Made by a program: the position numbers and the translations under genes. The notes beneath the pieces are model-generated. The model made no database searches. It was not told the DNA's origin and saw only the letters and a list, made by a program, of their open reading frames with translations. A stretch of DNA of 64,000 nt. It comes from Heteronotia binoei. Taxonomy: Eukaryota. The DNA lies in contig NC_083232.1 in NCBI RefSeq assembly GCF_032191835.1, forward strand, positions 62,001 through 126,000. The letters are read 5' to 3'. How positions within the stretch are numbered: position 1 is the first letter of the stretch; each line of letters starts with the position of its first letter. Of this stretch, positions 21,656 to 47,850 are shown in pieces.

Positions 21656-23667
21656 AGAGAAAGTGAGCCGCAGAGGATCACCCGTGGTCGTGAATCTCTG
21701 GCCCCTCCTCACAGACGCCTGCATTAAACCAAGCGACCAAGATGGCCCCTGAACCCCCTCCCTCCCCACCCCATCATTCATTCCCACCCACTCTGCCCCT
21801 GCCAAGAAATCAAGGCTGCATCAGGGTGCTTCTTACACACCCAAGGAAACACTGAGTGACGCTTTGGGGTCAGGCAACCATTTTCCTCCAGGCCAGTTTG
21901 GCCAGGGGTCCTGGAGGGGTTTTTGCCACCTTCTGGGCATGAAGAACTGAGGGCGGTTGGGAAAAATCCAGATAAAGAAATCTTCATTCTCCCAGTGGCG
22001 TCAGCTGGGGGCCCCGGCTCTGCTACCCTTAAAGCATTTTGACCAGAAGGGCGGTTCCACTCCACTGCCTCCTCATTGCTGCCCCCACTGTCTGTCTTGG
22101 GCTCCGGTTACTGCCCTCCTGGGTCACCAGGAGTCTACCTTGGGGTTTCCCAGAGATCTTTGGGGCTGCCCAGGAGAGCTGGCAATGGGCTGTTTTACCC
22201 TTTTCTCCTCCCTAGGGGTCCTGTGCCCCACTCCCAGTGTTTCCAAGCGGATGGGGGAACTAGGTGTACAGAGGGACTTCACTCTTTCAACAGTTACAAG
22301 GTTTATTTCAAACTCACAACTATTTACAGGCTTATTTATTTATTTATTTTCTGTAACTTATAGTCGGCCCTTTCCCATAGCCTCTCAGAAGTGGACGGAA
22401 GAAATGAAATAACCCAGGAAAACTGCAGGGCAGGCACCTCACTTTGTTACTCTTGGGTAAGCTGCTCAAACACATCCCACAAAATGGCCACCGTCTCTGG
22501 CCCAGGAGCAGCTGGGCGATTCCTCTGTCTGTTGCAAGCTCCAACCCACCACTGGCTCCCTGTCAAGAACTCTCAACAGCAGTTCCCACCCAGGAACTGC
22601 CTCTCCTCCAACCCTGAGGGATTTCCTGGCCTCTCTAGGAAACTGCCCTCCTCAGATTCCTGGTTGCGGACAGGAGAGGAGTGGGGGAGGAGGCTAGGCC
22701 ATGCCCCCTGCCACTGGATAGTCTCCTCCCATCCAGACCACAGAAAGTCCCCCCCCGCTCCCCCCCACACAAGATGGCATTTCTCTGCACCGAGTCCCAG
22801 AATCCTTCCTGCTTGGGCAGGACTGGCTCCCTCCCTGTGGGGGAGGGGGGGTCAGAGCCACCAAGGGGGTGGCCAGCTCTGGGGGGGATGTAGCTGGAGA
22901 CTCTGGGGGGGGGGCTTTGGGGAGGGCAGGGACCGCAGCAGGGTGCAGGCCAGCGAGTCCCCCCTCCAAAGCAGCCTCTGTTGTTGGAGATCAGTTGCAA
23001 TAGCAGGAGATCTCCAGGCCCCACCTGGAGGTTGGCATCAGCAGCTGGCCAGGAGGCTGTCCACACTTGCACACCAGCCCCACAAAGCCTCCCCCGCCCC
23101 GTCTCTTCTCCAGATGGGAGCTTCAGGCCAGAATGTGCACCATCCCTGGATCCTGCTGCCTGAGGGAGCCAGCCTGCCCCCCCCCCCCGCCCCGCCCTGC
23201 TGGCCTTTCTGCAGTCGAGACCCAGATGGGGCTTCAGGCTGCCCCACGGCCAGGCAGGACCCCACCTCCCGGCCCCCCACTCTGGCTTCCTCCGTTGGGC
23301 TGACCTCTCCAAATGCAAACTGACCACTACGCAGCAGCTCTGGCCTCTCCAGTTGGCAGCGGAAGCAGAAAGCCTGCCAGATATCCAGGATCCCGGAGGA
23401 GGGGCACAGAACAGTCTGGCTGGCCTCTCCCCCCCACCCCCAACGGGGACAGCCCCTCCTGCCCTCCCTGCTTCAGACGCCCCAGGAGGAGGCGGGTGGG
23501 GGGAGCACACACAGGCCCACCCCAGAGGAGCATTCATACCCACTGCACCCTGGGAGGGGCGGAGCGTGGATCTTGCCCTCACGTGAGCTTTCTCGCTTTC
23601 ACACAGGCAGGCAGGCAGACAGTGATTGGCACACACTCCCGGACCCATTTATGCAGCAGTCACCCTC

Positions 23668-36470
<12,803 letters not shown>

Positions 36471-36676
36471 TGTGTGTGGGGGGGGGGGCACTTTTGAGTT
36501 TCAAACAATTTTATTGGTAACATATGGTAGTATATCCAATTTCTTACATCATTAATAACTACTTTTTCCCTTTATCCCATATATTATTTCTATCCACCCC
36601 TCCCCACCCCTTACTTGACCCCCGCCGTGTACTATACTTGAAATATTAGTATTAAAGGTACCCTTAACTAATAAGA

Positions 36677-39600
36677 GCGGGGGGGGGGAGGGGTGGGCTC
36701 CCTCTTGGGTATCCTGCCCCCCCCAGGGAAAGTGTATGCGCAATACATAGCCTCTCCTTCCTGGTGTAGTGAACTCCGCGTGGTCACTGTCCGGCTATGC
36801 CTGGCAGATGGTCACTGCAATGGCCTCTCCTGCATTACTGCATCCGTGGCAACACCTTCCCGCTGGTCCCCCCCCCCCCGTTTCTCACAGAGTTTGCCAC
36901 GTCATGGTGCGACCGAATGTCTGGCGGTATAATGGGCAGGCTGGGCTCACCAACCTCGCCAGCCAAGAGAAGGAAAACTCTTAACATCAAACCCGGGCAG
37001 ATAGAGCTCGTTAATGTAACACCTACCACCTGGAGGACTCGCTGCCGGCGTCCCGGCTTACTGGGCCATGGCAGATGACCCCAAGGTGAAAGGGTGGAGC
37101 CAGTACTGCGCACACTGTGCTTCACCTAAAAATTCCTCTGCGCAGGCCTGAAGGGCATATCCACATCCACAACACACCAAGTCCTGCAGCGATGGGCAAG
37201 GGGTGAAACGGCAGGTGGAAGATGCCACTGAAAGCCGCAGTCCCGATCCTGCATGTAGGCGGTTCAGGGTATTGGTCGCCTGATGCTGACCCGGAGACGA
37301 AAGCATCTTTCGGCAGCACCCTGAATGACCAAGCAGCCTTATCTAGGGACAGCACTGCTTGCTCCACACGGAGAGGGGCCTAGAAAAGGTGGCCTAAACA
37401 AAGCTCGTCTCCCCCACCCCAGTTGGCTAGCCGCGGTCAACGGGCATCCTTACTTGCGGTCAAAAAATAACAACAAAGAAAAGGTATGCACCTGCCTCAC
37501 AAAGTGTGCAAAGACTTAAGCTTGCGTGTTGGAACATCAGAACCATGCTTGACACAGTAGACAGTGGTCGCCCTGAACGACGCTCTGCTCTAGTTGCCCA
37601 CGAACTTCTCAGGTTGAATATTGACATAGCAGCTCTCAGTGAGGTCCGTTTCCCTGAGGAAGGTAGTCTTCAAGAACATGGTGCTGGCTATACCCTCTAC
37701 TGGTCGGGTAAGTCAAAGGCTGAGAGCCGCCTTTCTGGCATTGGCTTCATGGTCAGGAACTCCATTGCCTCCAAACTCAAAAACCTGCCAACAGGTCACT
37801 CAGATCGCATCATGTCCATGCGCCTCCCACTTCAAAACAAGCAGCATGCAACACTCTTCAGTGTGTATGCCCCAACCCTTCAAGCAGATCCTGCAGAAAA
37901 GAACAAGTTCTATGCTGATCTACGCAACCTCGTACGGAAGACCCTTACAAAGGACAAGGTGATCATCCTTGGCGACTTCAATGCCAGAGTAGGTAAAGAC
38001 TCGGAAGCCTGGAAAAGAGCACTTGGCAAACACGGCATTGGCAACTGCAATGATAACGGGCGCCTCCTGCTAGAATTCTGCACGGAGCACCAGCTCACCA
38101 TCACCAACACTATCTTTCAGCAGAAGAACAGCCTGAAGACAACCTGGATGCACCCACGGTCCAAGCACTGGCACCTTATTGACTACATTCTGGTGCGCCA
38201 GAGAGACCTTCGAGATGTCTTACACACCCGAGTAATGCCCAGTGCGGAATGTCATACGAATCATCATCTTGTACGCTGCAATCTCCGCCTTCACTTTAAA
38301 CCCACACCCAGGAGAGGAGGTATCCCTCGGAGGAAGCTTCAGGTTGGCAGCCTTCAGTCAGCCGAAGTTAAAGCTGCCTTCCAGGCAAAACTCCAGTCAA
38401 GAATTGAGGACCCCAGTTGCCCCACAGACCCTTCTCCATAAGCACTCTGGGAACACCTAAAAACTACCATCCTGTTGATCTCTGAAGAAGTCCTCGGGTT
38501 CTCCACAAGGAAAAACAAGGACTGGTTTGACGAGAACAATCAAGAGATCCAAGAATTACTAGCGAAAAAGAGATCTGCCTACCAAGCACATCTTGCTCAG
38601 CCCTCCTGTCCCAGGAAAAAAGCAATCTTTCGCGCTGCATGTAGCAACCTCCAGCACAAGCTTCGAGACATTCAGAACGAGTGGTGGACCAAGCTTGCAG
38701 AGAGAACCCAGCTGTGTGCAGACACTGGTGATTTAAGAGGGTTCTATGAAGCCCTGAAGGCAGTATATGGCCCATCATATCAGGCTCAGAGTGCCTTGCG
38801 TAGTGCAGACGGCCAAGTGCTCCTCACAGACAAGGCATCCATACTGAACCGGTGGTCGGAGTATTTTCAGGCTCTCTTCAGTGCCAACTGCGTAGTTCAA
38901 GATTCAGCAATCCACCTCACCCCACTTCAGCCAGTGAAAACAGAGTTGGATGAGATCCCCACCCTAGAAGAGACTGTTAAAGCCATCAAGCAACTGAAAA
39001 GTGGCAAGGCAGCGGGAGTTGATGGAATCCCACCAGAGATCTGGAAGCATGGGGGCACAGTACTACATAGCACACTTCACAAAGTACTTGTCACCTGCTG
39101 GGAACAAGGCAAAATACCACAGGACTTCCGCGATGCAATCATCATCACTCTACACAAGAACAAAGGAGAAAAGTCAGACTGCTCCAACTACCGGGGGATA
39201 ACCCTGCTCTCCATCGCAGGCAAAATCCTTGCCAGAATACTCCTGAACAGACTGGTGCCCACCATTGCAGAAGAACTCCTCCCAGAGAGCCAGTGCGGCT
39301 TCAGAGCTAACAGGAGCACCACCAACATGGTATTTGTTCTCAGGCAGCTCCAAGAGAAATGCAGGGAACAGAACAAGGGTCTATATGTGACTTTTGTCGA
39401 CCTTACCAAAGTTTTCGATACCGTTAGCAGGAAAGGCCTGTGGCAAATCTTGGAACGTTTAGGATGTCCCCCAAGGTTCCTCAGCATGATCATCCAGCTA
39501 CATGAAGACCAGCGAGGCCAAGTCAGACACTGCAACGACCTCTCGGAGCCCTTCCCAATAGGCACAGGTGTAAAGCAAGGCTGCGTTCTCGCGCCAACTC

Positions 39601-40751
39601 TCTTTACGATCTTCTTTAGCATGATGCTTCAAAGAGCCGCCGTAGATCTAGATGATGACAATGGTGTCTACATCCGCTATCGCACTGATCAACCTGAGGC
39701 GACTAAAGGCTCACTCCAAGACAATGGAAAAACTCATCCGAGAGCTACTATTTGCTGATGATGCTGCACTCGTCTCCCACTCGGTATCAGCTCTGCAGCA
39801 TATGACATCCTGCTTTGCAGAGGCTGCCAAGCTATTCGGCCTAGAAGTTAGTCTGAAGAAGACAGAAGTTCTCCACCAGCCTGCACCCCAGGAAGATTAT
39901 CACCCTCCCTGCATCACTGTGGGTGAATCAGTACTGAAGACAGTCCAGCAGTTCAGCTACCTGGGGTGCATCATCTCCTCAGATGCCAAGATCGACAAGG
40001 AGATTGACAACAGGCTGGCAAAGGCAAACCGTGCATTTGGCCGACTGCACAAAAGAATGTGGAGCAACAAGCATCTGAAAAAAGGCACAAAGATCAATGT
40101 TTACAAAGCGGTTGTGATGACAACCCTCATCTACGGCTCCGAATCGTGGGTTTTATACCGTCATCACCTGCGACTCCTTGAGCGCTTTCATCAGCGCTGC
40201 CTTCGCACCATCCTCAACATCCACTGGAGTGACTTTGTGACCAACACTGAAGTCCTCAAGAGGGCGGAGGTTACAAGCATCGAAGCACTGCTGTTGAAGA
40301 CGCAGCTGCGCTGGGCAGGGCATATTTCTAGGATGGAAAACCACCGCCTTCCCAAGATTGCTCTGTATGGCGAACTTTCCACTGGCCATCAAAATAGAGG
40401 GGCACCAAAGAAGAGGTACAAGGACTTCTTGAAGAAATCCCTTGGCACCTGTCGCATCAACCATCACCAGTGGTCTGACCTAGCCTCAGATCGCAAAGCA
40501 TGGAGGCACACCATCCACCAGGCTGTCTCTTCCTTTGAGAACGCACGCATAGCTGGTCTTGAGGACAAAAGGAGATTGAGGAAGAATCGCACTGCTACAG
40601 CACCAACCCCAAATCAGACTTTTCCCTGCAGCCACTGTGGGCGGATCTGCCTGTCCCGCATTGATCTTGTCAGCCACCAGCGAGCCTGCAGCAGACGTGG
40701 ACTACTGCACCCTTCTTAAATCTTCATTCGCGAAGTCAAGCCGAGAGAGAG
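36677..40751 (+). mobile_element. Full-length RTE-clade LINE nested in the L1 3' UTR
   Basis: TSD AACTAATAAGA (36666-36676) and AATTAATAAGA (40752-40762); ORF ~37506-40719 with APE endonuclease (LACWNIRTM, IAALSEVR, ILGDFNARVG, HLIDYILV), RT (SQCGFR, FVDLTKVFD, GVKQGCVLAP, LLFADDAAL) and a terminal CSHC..H..C finger; (GA)n tail. Confidence 0.93.
37506..40719 (+). pseudogene. RTE endonuclease/reverse-transcriptase ORF with two lesions
   Basis: In-frame TAA at 38439-38441 (the same frame resumes) and a frameshift near 39690, where RYRTD joins NLRRLKAH in another frame. Confidence 0.85.
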
Positions 40752-43496
40752 AATTAATAAGAACCAATTCATATCCTCCTCCCTCTTATACTTAGTCATT
40801 AGCGAAGATTGTCCAATGTCCTTTTATTTTCCACTCTTTTTCTATGTATCTTCTGAACTTTTTCCACTCCATCTTAAATACTTCTAAATCATAGTCTCTT
40901 AAGGTTCTTGTTAACTTGTCCATTTCACTCCATGTCATGACTTTTACAATCCAATCCCATTGCTCTGGTATTTTTTCTTGCTTCCACAATTGCGCATACA
41001 ATGTCCTAGCAGCTGAGAGCAAGTACCAGATTAAAGTCCTATCTTCTTTTGGAAATTTTTCCATTTGTAATCCCAACAGAAAAGTCTCTGACATTTGGTG
41101 AATTCGTATCCCAAGATCTTAGAAATCTCTTGTTGAATCATCTGCCAAAACTTTTTCACAAGTCCACCACATATGATAGAAAGAACCTTCATGTTTTTTT
41201 ACATTTCCAACATCTGTATGGCATTTTATTGTTCATCTTTGCCAATTTTTTAGGAGTCATACACCATCTGTACATCATCTTAAAACAATTTTCTTTGATA
41301 CTCTGACATGTTGAGAGTTTCATAGAGTTCTTCCACAAATATTCCCATGTGTCCATCTGGATTTCTTTATTTACATTAATTGCCCATTTAATCATTTGAG
41401 ATTTCACTACTTCATCTTCTGTAGACCATTTTAAAAGTAACTTATAAATTTTTGAAATTAATTTTTCATTATCTCCAAGCAGAACTATTTCCATTTCCAT
41501 TTGTTCTCGCCTTATTCCTTCAGTTTTAAGATCACTTTCCACCAAACTCTTTATTTGTTGCATTTGAAACCAGTCATACTTATAATTCAGCTCCTCAGCA
41601 GTTTTCAACTCTACTTTCCTGCTTTGTATTTTTAATAAATGATTGTATGACATCCACTTTCCCTCTCCTAACTCAGCCATTATTTTATTACTTCTGCAGG
41701 CACTATCCATAGTGGTTTTCTCTCATCGCCATATTTCTTATACTTCATCCAAATATTTAGTAAGTTGTTTCTTATATAATGGTGAGAGAAAAAACCATCC
41801 ATCTTTTTCTTCCCATAGTAAATATAAGCATGCCAGCTGAATTTATTTCAATGACCTTCCAACGTTAAAAGTTTTTTATTCAATAACGTCACCCAATCTT
41901 TTATCCACACCAAACAAACTGCTTCATGATATAGTCTTAAATCTGGTAGCTGAAAACCTCCTCTTTCTTTAGTGTCTGTTAAAACTTTCATTTTAATCCT
42001 TGGTTTCTTCCCAGCCCATATAAATTCTGAGATCTTTCTTTGCCATTTATTAAATTGCTTGCTGTCTTTCACAATTGGGATTGTTTTGAATAAAGACATT
42101 ATTCTCGGCAAAATGTTCATCTTAATTGCAGCTATTCTCCCAAGCAATGACAAATTAAGCTTGTTCCATTTTATCATATCTTCATTTTCCGCCATAACTT
42201 TTCATAATTATTATTGAACAAATCAATATTTTTCATTGTTATTTCCACACCCAAATATTTTACTTTAGAAGTGACCTCACATCCCGTTAGACTCTGCAGT
42301 TCCTTTTATGTACTTGCATATTTTTACATAAAAGTTTTGATTTTTCTTTATTAACATAAAGTCCCGCCAATTCTCCAAAATTTTGTATTTTAGCTAATAA
42401 CAAAGGTGTTACTTGTATAGGATTTTCATTTATAAACATTATATCATCTGCAAATGCTCTATATTTATAGGTAAAACCTTTAATTCTCATTCCTTCTATT
42501 TCTTCATCATCTTGTATTTGCATCAGTAAGATTTCAAGAGTCATTATAAACAACAATGGCGAAAGCGGACAACTTTGTCTTGTACCTTTGCTAATTTTCA
42601 TTTCATCTGTGAGATCTGCATTTATACATAACCTTGCACGTTGTTCAGTATATATTGTCTTTATCATTCTTATAAAGTTCTCCCCCAACTTTATTTTTTC
42701 CATTACTGCAAACATAAAGTCCCAGTTCAGATTATCAAAAGCTTTCTCTGCATCCACAAAAAATAATGCAACTTCCTTCTCTGGATGTCTCTCATAATAT
42801 TCTACAATATTTACAACAGTTCTAATATTGTCTCTTATTTGCCTTTTGGGAAGAAAACCGGCTTAATCTTCCTTTATAAAATTTATTAAATATTGTTTAA
42901 GCTGTTGTGCCAGGATTCTTGTATATATCTTATAATCATTATTTAATAATGAAATTGGTCTATAATTCTTTACATTTGTGACATCTCTATCTTTCTTTGG
43001 AATCAGTGAAATTACAGCTTCTTTCCATTTATTGGGTATTTTCCCCTCTGATCTTATCGCATTCATTAATTTTTGAAGTTTCGATACTAATTCTTCTTTG
43101 AGCATTTTAAAATTTTTTGCCATATATCCATCTGGTCCAGGTGCCTTTCCAACTTTCATTACATTAATCGCTGCTTCAATTTCTATTTTTTCAATTGGAT
43201 CGTTCAAAATTTTTTCCATATATTTAGTTAAGGGTGCTATTTTGATTTTTTGCAAATGCATTTCAATCCTTTCTTTCTTTACTTTAACACCCTTAAATAA
43301 ATTAGCATAATACTTAAAAAATTCTTGCTTTATTCCTTCTTGATCCACCTTCTCTTTTCCATCAACCACAATTTTGTTAAAAATTTTACTTTTTCGTTTT
43401 TTCTTCAGTTGCCAAGCCAAGTACTTTCCAGGTTTATTTGCTCCCTCAAAAGATTTATGTTGTAATTTTTTTCAAATTCCATTCCATTTCCTCCTT

Positions 43497-43712
43497 AGGG
43501 GAGGGATGGTGGCTCAGTGGTAGAGCATCTGCTTGGGAAGCAGAAGGTCTTAGGTTCAATCCCCGGCATCTCCAAAAAAAAAGGGTCCAGGCAAATAGGT
43601 GTGAAAAACCTCAGCTTGAGACCCTGGAGAGCCGCTGCCAGTCTGAGAAGACAATACTGACTTTGATGGACCAAAGGTCTGATTCAGTATAAGGTAGCTT
43701 CATATGTTCATA
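43497..43712 (+). mobile_element. tRNA-derived SINE (Squam2-like) inserted antisense into L1 ORF2
   Basis: Matches 27931-28153; splits the L1 ORF2 peptide MRHLLN | EMEWNLKK. Confidence 0.88.
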
Positions 43713-46700
43713 TTTAACAAATGTCTCATTTGTGTTTGCAATATTGTAATCTCCCTAATAATTTTCTTTTTCCCTGGCCTTTTTCTTAATTCACCTTCTT
43801 TTTTCTTAATTTCATTTTGAATGTCCAAGATCTGTTTATCTTTTGCTCTCTTATCTTTATTATTCAGTGTTATTAATATTCCTCTCATTACTGCTTTATA
43901 AGCATCCCACACCGTCTAAAATTCTATATCTTCTTTATCGTTTATTTGGAAGAAAGCTTTAGTTTCCTTTTCTAGAGATGTCACTACTTCTTTATTCTGT
44001 AGTAAATCTTCATTTATTCTCCATCTTCTCGACTTTTTAGACAATTTTGTAATCCACATTATTGGGTTATGGTCAGCCCCTATTTTTGGTAAAATCTCTA
44101 TCTTCTTTGTTATAAGTCCCAAGTCTTTGGAACCCCACAACATGTCAATTCTAGAAAAAGAATTATGTCTGGCTGAAAAAAAGGTATAGTCTCGTACTTC
44201 AGGATTGAACTTCCTCCATATATCCTCCAAATTCTCTTGTTTAACCAGCTCAAAAAATGATTTTGGCAATTTCCCTTCTTTATCAATTTTTTTCTTCCCA
44301 GATCTATCTAGTGTATTTTGAATTGTTCCATTAAAGTCCCCCATCAACAAAATTTGCTCATATGTCCCTTCATCAAGATGTTGCGTAATATATATTTTTT
44401 AAAGTGACCTTTGCACCATTCGGAGCATAAAGTCCCACTAACAAAGTTTTTTTAGCATTCAATAAAATTTCCACTGCGATGTACCTCGGATCTAATTCTT
44501 TTTTAATATAAAAAATTACTCCTCTCTTCTTCTGTTCAGGCAATGTATAAAATTCTAGTCCCAATTGCTTATTCCATAAAAATTTATAATCCTTTTGTCT
44601 AATATATACTTCTTGTAAACAAACTATATTACAATTTTGTTTTTTTTTATCCAATGAAATGTTGCTCTTCTTTTTTGTGGTGAATTTAGTACATTTACAT
44701 TCCAATATATTAATTTGTAATCCATCATGGTGCGAATTCTTTATTTTCTCCATAAATCTACACAGTTCCTGTGTGTTTGTAATTGTAATCCTTTTCCCTT
44801 GAAGTTCAAAGCTCAGACCTTCAGGTATTAGCCATCTGTATCTCATTCCGTTGTCACGTAACTTTTCTGTCAGTTTTTTATATGCATTCCTGTCATTTAA
44901 CACTTGTCTTGGCAACTCTTTCATAATTCTTATCCTACTACCTCCCACTATCAATGTTTTTTTCAAAAATTTTGTTCATGATTTTTCCCACCATTTATTT
45001 TGTCATAAATCTTATGACCACGTCTCTTGGCAGATTGTTCTTTTTTACATAGAGTAAATTCACTCTATACATATAATCATACATATTTCTATTCCCTTCC
45101 GGATCTTCCTCCAAAAATTCTGCAATTATTTTTATTATGTATTCTTTCAAATCAGAGTCTTCATCTTCTCGTACACCTCTCAGACGAATCTGTGTCTCCA
45201 TCAATTTGCAGTCATGTATTATCACCTTTTCTTGTAATTTTAATAAGGTGGAATTGTGTTTTCACTCTACCAGCTCCTGTACTTTTTTTGTTATTACTAC
45301 AGTCTCATTTCTGAGATTCTCTTTTTTTAATTCTTTTTTTGAGTCCTCAATATAATTTCTTATTTCTTTTTTAGAGGCAGTTATCATTTCTTTCACCCCC
45401 TTCATTATCCTGGCTTCCATTGCATCTAATTGGGCTTGCATTTTCTCCATTGAATCAGACCTAGTACGAATTTGCTTCGGATCTAACATATAAAAAAGAT
45501 CGAGATTTTTTATCTCACCAAATTAAATTTGGACCATCAGGTTTAATAGAGTGAAGCTTGCCCTTTCCAATGAACCCAATTTAGCTGCCTTCTGAGCCTC
45601 CCAGGTTCAGATATTAATGTTTAAAGTTTTTATTTTCCCCCAAATGGCGGACACAACTTTTGCTTCACTTTTTCCTTCTTTTCCCTTAATCCAATTCAAA
45701 TTTTCTTCACCACTGTCCAATAGTCCTTTTTTAAAAATTACCAACTCGACTCCACCAATTTTTAATGTCCCAGTCACTTTAAAAACGTTAAAACTTTATC
45801 CTCCCAACAATGGCCACCGATGTTTCTCTCTGATATTATAATCCTAGAGTAGGCTGTTTGCTTCTCTTGCTTCCTTCTTCTTCCTCTGGTACTTCCTTCT
45901 TTTCCTGCCACCAAGTCTCGTTTCGCTGGTAGAGAAATCTTGCGATGTCTGATGTACTTCCTGTGTTGACTGTGAGTGCCGCAGATCTATGACGATGGGG
46001 CTACTTCCTCAACCAGATAGACAAAACAATAAATTACTTTCTCCTTTTAGCACTGTCTTTAACATTTACAAAGTTCAAATTTAGCCCCTTTTCTTCTCCT
46101 CCTTTCAGGCTTCTATTATATCGAACTCCCACCTTTTAATTTTGTTTCGTTTAGCTTTAATTAGTCCCGGAGTGAAAAGATAGCGATCAATACCTTTTTT
46201 TTGTAGTTTATCCAAATCGACACCAGTCTTTTGTAGATTAGATGTTTAAAGTTGTAAAAGAAGACTCGGAGCCTGTTGAGCTTAAGTCAAATAAATGATT
46301 CTGGAACCTTCTGTAGATGATGAATATGCAACTTCTCTCCGGAGGTCCCTCAAAGGAGCCCCCTTTTCAGCCAAGGTAAGTCTCCTCAAAGTATCTGCAT
46401 ATCTTGGACAATTCTCTAGCTGAGAAAAGTAGGCAGAAGGCATTAGTTTGCCTTTTACTACCCTGAACAGAAGTGCCAGCTTGCCTCCGTTAAGGAAAGC
46501 AGCTCAGCTCGCCATTTTCTGATCCCGGAAGTCCGGGGGGCTCCTTTGCTCAGGCCCCTCTCTGGCCCAGGGAGGGAGAGAGGGAACGCCCCCCCCCACG
46601 AGGCTTCTCTTCCAGCCCTCGGCGGAGCAGGCTGCATGTGTGAAAAGGCACTTCCAGCAGCGCCAGGGCTCCTGTGGCTTTAGAGGGGAGGGCCTCTCTG

Positions 46701-47362
46701 CCTCCTGCCACTCAGGAGCTCCTTGCTTTTCCCCGGCCACATGTGGGGCCAACACCAGGAAGGCGGGTCCAGTCAAAGCTCCCTCCTAGAAGCCACCTTG
46801 TTCTCTGGCACCCACCACCCCGCCTTCTAGTGGTGACACCTTGGCCTGCTGCTCCATGGCAGAACTCTCTCTGGCCAGCTGGGGGCTCCAGGTCCCAGGG
46901 AAGGCCACTCCCCCACCCTCGACTCCACCCCCCCCAGCTCTGTGTCTGGACCAGCCACCGCCCCAGAACTGCAGTGGGGTGACCCTGCTCCTTGGTTCCA
47001 TCCCCATAGAGTGAAGCAGGCTGTAACACCCGAAGGCCAGCAAGGCTGAGCACCACCAGTGCCTTTTGTGGGGATGGGCCCCAGCTGGAGAGGGAAGAGG
47101 AGGGGAAGGGCTCCTTCCCTCTCAGGCAGGCAGGCTGCCAGCAGGTGGGTGAAGGAATCTGTGTTCGAGGGCCAAAAAAGGAGGGCTCATGCCAAGGAGT
47201 GAAAGGGCAGGGCCTCCATCCTCACTGCCCCATGGTCAGAGCTACGGAACTCAGCAGCTGCCCAGATACCCAGAGCTTCAGTTTGGATGAGAAAAGGACA
47301 CAAATCCAGGCTGTGGTGCTGGAAGGTAGGGGGGCCACAGGACACATCCCTACCAACAGCAG

Positions 47363-47850
47363 AGTTGGAAGGGACCTCCAGGGTCATCTAGTTCAACCCC
47401 CTGCATAATGCAGAAAACTCACAAGTACCTCCCCCAACACTTCCATACCCAGTGACCCCTGCTGCAAGTCCAGAAGATGGCAAAAAGAGCAAAAAAACCA
47501 AAAGCCTCCCCAGGATCCGTGGCAAAACCATTCACACTCTCTGGGAGTAATTTGTCAACTGGTTACAGATCCACCTAACAGTAGCAGGATCCAAACCTCA
47601 TTTTACCAACTTGTCAATAAGGACAGTATGTGGAACATTATTAAAAGCCATACTGAAATCAAGACAAGCTATGTCTACAACATCCCCGACCCAGCAAGGT
47701 AGTAACTTTCTCAAAAAAGGAGATCAGATTAGTCTGACATGCCTTGTTCTTGAAAAATCCCTGGTGGCATCTTTACCAAATGCTCCAGAACTGATGGATT
47801 TGTTCTAAAACTTTGCCAGGTATTGACATCAACCTGACAGGCAAGTAGTT
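47363..47850 (-). mobile_element. CR1 3' UTR plus internal fragment
   Basis: AGAGTTGGAAGGGACCTCCAGGGTCATCTAG (CR1 3' end, reverse complement); 47550-47830 matches the CR1 at 290-620. Confidence 0.8.

Larger units (their letters stand above)
36496..46534 (-). mobile_element. Full-length, decayed L1-clade LINE (~5.7 kb after removing nested insertions)
   Basis: 5' end GGACTTCCGG...AAAATGGCG; ORF1 remnant ~45489-44749; ORF2 from 44728 (MMDYKLIYWNVN, CNIVCLQEVY, LMGDFNG, GKAPGPDG, DAEKAFD, YRAFADDIMF, C-terminal CWKC..H..C knuckle) to 40792, with many frameshifts; AATAAA at 36515-36510; candidate TSD GGGGGGCACTTTT (36483-36495) and GGGGGGCTCCTTT (46535-46547). Confidence 0.9.

Noticed and set aside
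37278-37312. Hammerhead-like CTGATGC...GACGAAAGC in the RTE leader
   Set aside because: The core lacks the conserved A of CUGAnGA, and GATGCT/AGCATC forms a simple hairpin instead.
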